Positions 53,601 to 64,000 of a stretch of 64,000 bases of DNA are shown here, piece after piece. How positions within the stretch are numbered: position 1 is the first letter of the stretch; every line of letters starts with the position of its first letter. Source of the DNA: Lingula anatina. Taxonomy: Eukaryota > Animalia > Brachiopoda. The stretch covers positions 5,022,001-5,086,000 of the forward strand of contig CM120641.1 of assembly GCA_051362555.1 (NCBI GenBank). The letters run 5' to 3'. The notes under the pieces were generated by a model that searched no databases, was not told the DNA's origin, and saw only the letters and a list, made by a program, of their open reading frames with translations. The position numbers and the translations under genes are program-made.

Positions 53601-56600
53601 GAGAAAGAGAAAAAATAATCTTGTTGGGCTGTTGCCAAATGAAATGTAAAAGTTCACGAAAATAGGTAGGGCCTGTGTCCCATAGCACCTAGGCCAGGCC
53701 AGGAGCTGTTTATGTTACAAGGAAGCCATTTTCTCTGCCTGCTGGTGTGCAAATTAGAAAGGAGTGCTGCAGGTCCAAATTAAGGACAAAATGGACATTT
53801 GGCCCTGATCCTAAATCCATCTTTTCACTTCTGGTTGCACACAGACTAGAGGAATTCTTTACTTGTCAAAGATGTCGATTTTCATATGTAGTTGTTGAAA
53901 GAGCAACTTAGAAGATAGGATAGACCTACTTTCTGTCAGACTCCCTTGTCATCTTTCTTCTGTACTTTCATAAATTTTCACAAGTACAGATAGATTTCAA
54001 GGTTATTGGTGGAGATCTAGAGAGAAATGTGCTTTATGTAGGAATGGGAAATTATGAGTAATCATTTTTAAGTTGACTCATTTTGAAGATTTGTGTTACA
54101 ATGAGTTTTGATATATAAAACTTCAGCAGTGACAATGGCAATATTAGAAAAACAAAGTTTAGTTGTTGATTCTGACATAACATAATAGAGATACAGGATC
54201 TCATTGATAGTGGGTGTTTATTCTGTTAACTGTTGAAAATTGTTCCCCATTTGTGTACCTTATAAATGACTGTTTACAATGTTAATGTTAGCATTAACTT
54301 AAAGAGTATGTTTACTATTCTGATTTCAAATTCAAACTGAATATTTAATGCTGAATAGCAAAGCCTTATGCCATGGTGAGCAATAATGTTACCCAGAACA
54401 AAACTATTCACATTCTTTACTATATCAAGTTTTTGCCAAGTCTATTGGAATCAAAAATTAGTATAATCTTGAACTTTTTTGATATTTTGTTATTTGCCCT
54501 TTTAACAGCATGTTCTCACATTTTAACTGCTTTAATTATAAATTTCAAATACCTCATTCATTGCAGTATTTTATTTTTTATGATAAAATAATTGTGATAA
54601 TAGTTATTGTAAAATTATTTATACATTATTTTTAGTTGCTAAAAATGCTTTCTAACACAAGCCTAGTGTAATTTTCTGATGATCATTTTAGAAATTAAAT
54701 TATAATTAACATGTTGTTTAATGCATAATGATGATTATTCAAATTAGTAAGTATAGCATTCCTACTTTTTCTTGGGCAAGCTCTCCAGAAAGGTGTAACA
54801 ACAGGAAAATAAACCTCTCCACACAAAATTCAGAATTGGTTAACTTAAACAACTCCAAGATTAAGTAACATAATCAAGTGCTTTCCTGTTTATGTGGGTT
54901 TGTTGGAAGTGGTCTAATATTAGATATGTGTGAGTGGAAGTCAGATAAAAAATATTGTCGTCTCTGGTGGTTTTTGGTTTGGGTGGTCAGTTCCTAGCTA
55001 GTGATTGATGTCCTACAGCTTTTTATCTTTGAAAAAAGGCATCACCAATCATGCTTCCTATAGCAATAACAATTCTTTCACCAAAGAAAACAGGAGGTTA
55101 GTATGTCACTGATATGATAATGCTGGGGATATTGAGCCTCTATTTTTATCTCAGCCATTCCAGCAAGATATAGAGATTGAATCAAACAGCCTGTTACCAA
55201 TACCACTCTCGTTCAGTTTAATTTCTACTCAACCATTTCATTTTTGTTCACAGACCTGTGAGTGAAGTTTAGAGTTCCTCACACTTGGATGGAAAGCCAA
55301 TTTTCAAAATTTGTTCTGCTTGATCTACACACATTTGCTCCATTGTACACTACACAATTGGAGTCATAAACAGCACCTTTGGCTTTAGAATTCATAAAAT
55401 GTCCCCTCAGTCGGTCAATTATTGTATTATTCTAAGGATATCCATCCTTCAATTTCAAGAAAGATTTGCATATACGTATTGTTTGTCTTTGGATGTTATT
55501 TCCAGGTTCTCGGTTACACTTAAAGGGCACAAAAATTCTTTCAATCAAAGAAAGAAAATCTATCAGCAAACTTAGCAAAGTAATGGCGTCAGTGTCACGT
55601 TTGCCCCTCCCAGGGGAATAGCCCACCCTTATCAGCACTGCTGGAAAAATCTATCAAATGATTCCGATAATTCATCTGACTGTCGTTGTCAGAAGTTCCA
55701 TGGAGAGTCCCATGTAATGTGGTCATAAGGGAAATCAATTGCAGGCATCCGGTCATAGGGGTGGGTTGGTTTGTAAACAAATTGGGTTTGATGCACATTG
55801 ACAATAATCATTATAGACAATCAATATCTGAATTAGTAGAGAGGTGCCAGTGCCCTGTTATGGGCTCCTAGATAGCCACAAGGTGAAAAAACTATTCGCT
55901 AGCTTTTGGAATGATTCGTGGATATGTTTCAAGTGACACCCTGTAGGTGTGGTGATGAAAATATTTGGATACCAGTAATTGTATTGATTTCCCATTTCAC
56001 ATGTTTTGGGTCATACATACATGATCAGGGGCAGGATGGCTAAAGGGTGACAGGGAATGCTTTGGTATATTTGACTGAGGGTAGAAACTGACGAGGCTTA
56101 ATTTTGGTCATCATGTTAGGAAATTCCTTCATTTATTCTAGGATGTTAAAGAAAGCTTCACACTAAAGAGTTGGTTTATGTGAATGTTTAGATATAATTT
56201 TTTGTCATATAAGACATGCAGCATTGGATTAGAATAGGCTACAAAATGTAAAGGGAGAATGTTTATTTTTATAGTGACCTCCATGCCCATTATCCAAGTT
56301 TGAAAGCACCAAAAAGAATCATTAATCATGAAGGTATTTTGTAATCATTATTTGTTTTTTTATTTATATGTGACCACCATGGCCGTTGTCAATTTTTGAA
56401 AAACATTGCACCAACATAAAAAAATTATTAGTCATGAAGGTATAATTTTGTGGTAATTGAAAGGTCAGAATTGTTAATCCTACCAATAAGCTTTTAGATT
56501 AGTGACTGGATTTCAATCAGTGGTTTGAATTTCTACAGTGTTAAATATATTGCCACAGTTATATCCTCAGGTAAAAATGCCAGCTTAATCTCCTTGGCAT

Positions 56601-58959
56601 GGGTCCAGATCCTGGTTTTCCTTGTCAGGTGTCATTGGGGACCTCCAGGCCTCCATTATTCAAGAGGCACCCTTTTGTGCAGTGATAAATATCAAGTTTC
56701 TAAACATGCAATGGATGTTGCTCACTACCCTAGAACTTTTTTCTTATTCATTAGTATCATGCACTCTGCTCTGTGCAAAGATGGTTTAGAAAGAGAAGAA
56801 ATATCATCTTTCAGAGGTCTGTTCTCACCTCACCCCTGTTCCCCCCTCTTTGACCCCCATCAGGTGTTTGTGTTACTTGCACCATCAGGTAATCGGGAAC
56901 TATGACATGCACAAGCTGGTAGCAGGTATAAGAATGGAGTACATGATTATAGTCACTTATCCTGAGTACCCATAATTGCCCATCGGTTTGGTGCTGCTTA
57001 CCCCTAAATTAAAAGTGCAGTGCAATTTCCTTCCAAAGAACACCTTTGAAAAGTACATATTTGTCTAGTGAGGTGATGCCATGGAGCTGGTGTCTTGTAC
57101 TTGGTTCTTCCTCCACTTCCCATCCCCCCTGGACCTCTCCAGAGGACTAACAGTACAGCACAGGAGATGCATAGATCTGATTACAGAGACACTCACAGTA
57201 AATCCTATTTTGAAAATCAATCCCTATCATACACCAGTGTATTTTGTAAGGCACACATTTGGCTTCAGTCCAGATTTCAGATTGCAAGGTTCCCTAAGGA
57301 AGGGTAGTCATTATGAAGAGAAGAAAATATGGAAAGGAAAAGGGTGATAGAAAAGCCGGTGCACTTGGCATAGGTGAACTTGTGTAGGTTGGAAATTATT
57401 ATGTATTCTTGGTGTTGATTTAAGTAACATTAGAGCTTGAGATGGGAGAGGTGATAATGACAATGTGAAGCTGCATACCAAATGAAATGACAAAGAGAAC
57501 TTGACGAGATATTCTTTTTAAAAAACTTAGGCCAGGTTCATTGGCAGTTTTAACTTAATCATCGTCCCTTGAGGACTGAGATGGAAAGCTCACTTGCAGC
57601 AGAAGGTCTGGCCAATTGTCTTAATGAACTGAAATCAGATATTTTTTCTTCTGCATCATTTATATATGACAAACTGCACCCAGATGGTCGGTGTCACAGA
57701 AAGGGATGATCAGCAGTATACTGTGGCATGGCTTTAAGCTTCTTGGTAAGATTTTCTTGCAAAGTTTAATGAATAAAAATCTTCTAATTTCCTGAGAAAG
57801 AGTCTATCAACAACTGGGATCAATAGTTATGTCAGTGAGCTGAAGAGGTCGGGGCCTTTGGAGGAAAGAAGGTGATAATTGAAGAATCTTAAAGCTAAGG
57901 GTTACTTAACTTTTAACCCTTCTGGGGAAACTAAACCAGCACAGTGGTTAGTTTTTCCAATCTTCCATCTAAACCTGCAAAAGCCATTTAGGCGATTGAC
58001 ACTGTGAACTCTCCATTGCTCCATTCCCCTTTCAATTACTCCAGTGATTTCCAAGGTCTCTCATGGCCAGTTGTTCCTCATAGATTTAAGTCTGAGCTAT
58101 AGGTGTCATCGTTTTAGACAGGTAGAGGTCGACCGTCTGACTTATTTTGCCCCTGTTTAACATACTTGGCAAAATTGACATAGGCTAGCTCTGTCTGTGC
58201 CCTGCATATATTTTTTCCAAAGAAGGAATGGCAATGGATTAATGCCTAAAGTATATTGGCAGGCATCTTTTTGTAAGTGACAGTTAAGATATATAGCTTA
58301 GCATAACCTGTTAGCTGAGCTGAGTTGATTTATAGACTGCTAAAAATATTTCAGAGAATTGAGAAGGTGTAAATTGTTTGGATAAATGTATTTGGATTAT
58401 GTCCCCTGTTTTGGATATAAATAAAGATATATTAAGCAATTAACCTTTAAATTGAATTTTGTCATGCGTAAATCATTTGGATGTCAAGAGTAACAATAAA
58501 ATGTATTTTGTTTGTATGAGGTATTCTCTATAATTGAAAAAACTTTGAGATTACGGTGGGAATATTATCTGCCTCATAATAAAGTTTGATATCGTAATAC
58601 TCCTTAAACTCATTGGTATTCTAAGAAGACTAGATAAAGTCTGGAATATTGTCTTGTAACTGGGTCTGATGACCTATTAATTATGGGTTGAACTTTTTTT
58701 CTCCCATCCTTTCCTCTTTCGCTTGTCACGAATAGGGTACAATTAATAAGTATGGATTTCATAAATGTTCCTAGCATATCATCATTAAAGACAGTCTCAG
58801 TGGGTTAGATTAATGTATAGAAGCAGGTTCTATGTAAAACTTTGGTCAGATTTGTGTTTTGTGAGATTGTTTATTATTATATTAATAAGTCTGGGTCACA
58901 AAAGTTCTGTTTAGACAACTAGAATAAAAAATTAGAAAACGAAAACTATTTATCATGAT

Positions 58960-59700
58960 TTCAGAGCACAGCCGGAAGTACCTCCGGCTCAAGGTCACGA
59001 CCTCGATTTTCCCACGCTTACGACCAATCACAGCAGGCTTCAGTCAGAATGAGATAGACGTCATAGTAGGCTTGTTAAGGGGTCAAACGCTGCATTTTAT
59101 AGTACTACAGAGCGAAACTTGTCAGACGTGTAAATGCCGCCTGTCCACCTTTTCGGTACATGTACCGATCAAAAACAGAAAACGTAAAGCCCAAAACGCT
59201 CTGATACACGTAACCAACTTTGTATGAGCACAAATAGTGTCATTTATTGTGAACAGGATAATATGATAATGAGACACACTTGAGACCTGTGAAGCGCATA
59301 CTCACGTGTCGAGGAGTAGTTTCGCCATTGCCTCCTAACTCAGCTTTAAGTGTCCTCCACCGCCCCACCTCCCTCCCAACATACAACAGTCTGAGTGCTT
59401 CTTCGTCTGTCTCTAATTTTCTTTCGTATCTTTCGAACTGGAGTGGCTATTTTCTTTCGTCCCCTTTTGTCGCTCTCCTCTTCAGACTTGACGCGTGTCT
59501 CCATGTTTGCTGTTTTGGCGCCAAATAGTAACATCCGGGTCTCAGCCGTAGTACTTCATTCATAGTAAACCGCGAGACTTAGCGAGAAATTGCGCGTTCT
59601 GAAGCCGTACTGTGAGGTGGTAGCTGAGTATTTAAGACGAGTCGTCTTTTATTATTTAATGGAACTTAAAAACGGTATTAGGTAGCTTCATTTTCTGAAC
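58960..59700 (+). promoter_or_regulatory. CpG-rich promoter / candidate first exon
   Basis: Abrupt CpG enrichment. Motifs: CCGGAAGT (58972), TCAAGGTCA (58989), CCAATCA (59024), GACGTCA (59057), CACGTG (59303), CCGCCCCACC (59360), TTTGGCGCCAAA (59514). The strand is inferred. Confidence 0.65.
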
Positions 59701-62700
59701 GGTTTTGGATACGATATACCTTGATGGGGAAATTGGTGAGATTTTCAGGAAAATTCATTTTCGTGCTATTTTAAGGGTTTAACGCGCTGAGACTGTCTTT
59801 AATTGTATTGGCGAATTTGCAAGAAGTGTAATTTTCCAGCAAGTTATCCTCTTTCAATTTTTTTCAATCTTATAACACTGGAAATTGGTAATTACTTAGA
59901 TTAGAAAAGAAAGAATAGTCGGGGGGGGGGGGTGTGAGAAATGTTTAAAGTTTCATTTTGAAATAGCTAGCAAAGTCAAGCAGATAATTTCATTCGTTGT
60001 CAAGTTTCGATGTAAAGATCTCATGTGTCATGAACATTGACTGGTTTCATGTCCTCTATGAAGTTCTCCTGTTCGTGCAGCAGCCCTATAGACTCCTGAT
60101 CAGCATTACCTTATGAAACATTTTCTCTTCTCAAAGGCCATCAGCCTCAGATCCTGCTGGGGCTTTGGATTACATTTATGGGAAAGTTGTTTATTAGAAC
60201 TGGTTTTTGCACCAGTGACAATGGACACTTGGGCAGCATTTTAGCCTTCTTTGATTAAGTCCAAATTGAAGTCCACAGTGCAATGGCCAGCATTTGTCAG
60301 GGATTTAATGAGAAAAAAAACATGATGGATTACAGTTCTGTGTGGAAGGCACGGAATTGTTGTGCATGGACATACAGTGTTTTTACAATGGTTTTGAAAA
60401 CTATGGTCGTTTATAAATGAAATAACAAAAATATGATTATATTTTGTAGCTCTTTTTGAATTTCAAAGCTGTAAGCTGATACATGAAAACTGCCCATCTC
60501 CTCTCCCAGTGATCCCTCCCCCCCCCCCCCCCCCAAATAAAAGAAAAGGATACTACTTGTTTTAGTTGAGTCTTGTATAGAATCTAAATCTACATCTCGT
60601 AAGCAAATTCCATGAACTCTCTGCTAACAAGCATAAAACACACCTGTTTTGAGAGAGGAATTGCATAATGTCTTCATTATTAAGTACAAAGGGGTTAAAA
60701 ATATGGTCATCCAAGGGCAGCCTGGGCCAAGTGTTATTTGTACTGACTCATGCTGTCAGTGGATGGTCAATAGAAAATTATATCATGTTAGTTAATTCTT
60801 GAGGCCAAAAATAATGCCTGATTACATTTTGTTTGCCCTCTTCATTGATTATCATTCAAGAAAAAAGCAGCCTTACATTGGCAAATGGCATGGGTTATAA
60901 CTTCATTCATTACTGTTTGAAAGCAGGGATTCGGTGGACTCATTATTGAGCAAATGTCGACCAAACTTGACAGATGCACAAAGATGCATAATAGCTGGTG
61001 TATAAAAAGGTTATGCCATTTTTTGATTTCCTATATTTGGGATGTTTTTCTTAGTTGACTTTATTATTACTTTCCCATTTAGGCGCCTCGAGTCTAGATG
61101 TTGAATGGAAAGACAGAAAAGAAATATTGAATAACAGATGGATGGACTGCTGAAAAACATTGTTATCATGATAATAGCATTGCTGTAAATGAAAATATAT
61201 ACAAACATAGGCCGCGCAGTTGAAATGTGTTAAAATGTTATGTCTTTAACGGCCTTAGTGGTTTCAAAACCCAATAATTTCTGGCAATTGCTTAATGGGA
61301 TTTGGATAAATAGCTTCTCTTTTAAATTGTATGAACAGCGTATTGGAATAGAGGGCCCCACATTAACCACACAGCCTGTTGCTAGGAGTCTTGCTTTGGT
61401 GTACTGTTTACTGGGGACTTTGTAATGGTCCTAGGTTCATTTGCCTTGTGTTCTACCTTGACTATATCAGACTACATTACCAGTTGCTAAGCACAGGAAT
61501 TTACATAGTAAACTGTGTTCCCTCTGGAGAAATTTATCCACACTCAGATAATAGAATCAATACTGCCCATAATTTTTGGCAATCATTTGTTACATGGAGA
61601 ATTATGAAAAATGTGGAAAGTATTGGGGATTGAGATTAGACTGTGAACACAAAGGCTGATAACACGTTTTTGGTATTTACGAAAATATTTTTCGAAGAGA
61701 GCTTGATTGTGTGTGCAAACCCAGCCCAGTCAGTTTACAAGTTATCATTTGATCAAACTTCCAGGCTTGACAGCTGCTTGTTTTGTAGGTGTGCCAATTG
61801 TCAACTGCTTAAGGCACTTTTTGATAGCCCCTCATAAAAAAAACCTAAGGCAAAATGGCATTTGTCCCATTATTGATGAGAGATGGTTAAGAAAACACTG
61901 GAGCCAACTAGTTATGAGCTAGATAGGGGTGGGGGATGATAGGTTTATAGACCCGTAAGAAACCATCTATCAAATGCATTTTATCTATGTGCAAAGAATC
62001 ATTATAAGCTGACACAAAAAAAAAAACATCAGGTAGCTATGAGCTAAATGAAATAAGTTTGATGAGTGATAAAATTAAAATATATGGAAGAAATAATTTG
62101 CACATCATTTTGAATGTGTGTGCTGGTTGATTTAATCACTAAACACCAGAGAAATATATGTGAAAGAATATTACATAACTGGTGGCAATCCTGCCCTACA
62201 TGTCACCAGATATATGTTTATTTGTTAAAGGCATGACAGGCAATAAAATCCATAAGCTATAAGGGTGCATGTAGTTATACTTGGCAGTGTTGTACACTCA
62301 CATAGCTCAATATAAATGAACATTTTGTTTACTCTGTCTGATCCTCTACTGTCACCGTGAGCAAAGGAATGTTGACATACTCTTTGACATGACACACACA
62401 TGATTGCTTTCTCATTAGTACTGATAAAATTCTGCTTTGCATGCAGATGGTCTACTGTTATAAGTGGTTGTCAGCCATGTGCATTCTTGATTAACTTTCC
62501 TTACTGTAAGTTACTGTTATGACACACATGGCACCCAATCATTTATATGTAGTTCCTGCTCCTTTGTGTAGAAGTGATAACTAAATTGTATGCAAATACA
62601 TCCCAAATCTCTGGCATGATGCACAAATCTAAGTGTAAATCACTTAATGTGACGCAAGTTTTGTTAATAATAGGAGCAGCTAAGCATACATGTCATCTGT

Positions 62701-64000
62701 CTGCTTTCTCAAGACAGTCTTTTTTGACCTTTTTTTCCTCACACACCAGAGAATTGAAAACAAGAGGAAATGGAAATGCTGCATTTTGAACAGCAGATGA
62801 CACTCACAACAAAAGAAAATGTTTTTGAAAAAAAAGAAGGTATAATTTTCAATAAGTCTTTTTTATGCCTTTTCTTCTTTATGCTGCATTTAAAGTGAGA
62901 TTGGTTATTTAAGAAATAAAGTCTGTTTACACTTGTCTCTGATGCTTGGTTTTTACCAAAAACATTCCCACTTGACATAGTGCCTGGATTTTATAATTTA
63001 CTTGGCATTATTCAAGTAAAACTCCCTGTAGACGGCCATAACAAAGAATGGTGTAGTATGGATTGATGTAATTGGTTTCTAGCAGAGTGTGTCTGTGTAA
63101 AACCAATACCATTTGCAGAGAAAATGGGAATAGATTTACCGTATGCCAACCACTTTATTTAGTACTATCAAGTCCTGCAAATGAAGTAAGTAGGATATGG
63201 GAATGATAATCAAGATTTACTCTGCTCTCAGTTGCTATGTGCAAATCTTTGTTATGTAATACATTGTTATTGATCAGGAAAATCAAATTTTAGATCATAT
63301 ACAGCTCCTAACTTCCACAATATGTCTACTAGGGACAAAAGGAAAAAAAATGAGCCTTCTGAGCCAGCTGCAGTGCTCTGTGTCCTTGTTAGTTATATGA
63401 CAGAATTAAATGCCAGGCTTTGATTTTAGACAGATGATAATCTAATTGAAAAAAAAACAAGTTTTTATTGAAGGTTTAATGACTTGTTAATAATCAGCGT
63501 TCTAAAAATTCACAAGGATTATAAAGTTTCGAGCATATATGTGTGCTTGAAGATATTTGATTGCAAAATTGGAAAGAATTTCGGTGGCATTTTTGTTCCT
63601 ATAAGTATGAGGCAATATCAGGTCTGGGATGTGCCATTTTTGGAAAACAATTGTTTTCTTGATTATGTGTGCATGCTCTACTGCCTGGTGCAAGTGTATT
63701 TTTTTAAGAATCCATCTGTTTCAAAATCATAGGAACCTCTTTTCCTGCCTCTGTTTAACTGACCCACACCAAGTGGCCTCTGCATCATCATTGGTATTTT
63801 CAGTGAATTGATTTTGAGACTGCTCTGGGAGTATTGGTTTCTAATTGTTTTTCACAGCAGATTGATGGCAGTCTTGAGATGAACGACAACTTGGGGCCCA
63901 AGCAGTTAGGAAGAGAAAGGCAAGGGAAATTACTTGAGGAGAAAATGAAATATAAAGTGGCTATTGTCATTCTCGCTTTCTCCTAAGATATCTTTGGCTG

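Noticed and set aside
50700-58900. Numerous 60-126 aa ORFs in the long downstream region
   Set aside because: No recognisable domains, no consistent exon chain and many non-ATG starts; expected by chance.

Overview
AT-rich, intron-rich animal genomic DNA. It is invertebrate-like and most consistent with a lophotrochozoan such as a mollusc; the taxon is an inference. Exon structures were reconstructed by hand from GT-AG sites and reading-frame continuity. Contents in order: (1) the 5' four coding exons of an EML5/6-like HELP/WD40 gene on the minus strand. (2) Head-to-head with it, a complete 8-exon selenoprotein N (SELENON) gene with an in-frame TGA (Sec, SCUG motif), the Sec-redefinition hairpin, a type-II SECIS in the 3' UTR and a C-terminal RQEL. 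(3) A ~24-exon NEK9 kinase (kinase + RCC1 repeats + coiled coil) spanning ~33 kb. (4) Nested antisense in NEK9 intron 19, two tandemly duplicated 3-exon genes encoding small secreted coiled-coil + single Link-module proteins. (5) The 5' exons of a FAM53-like gene whose promoter has a paired RORE palindrome. (6) A further CpG-rich promoter-like island at ~59 kb. There are also several MITE families, local duplications and microsatellites. No rRNA, intact tRNA or CRISPR was seen.
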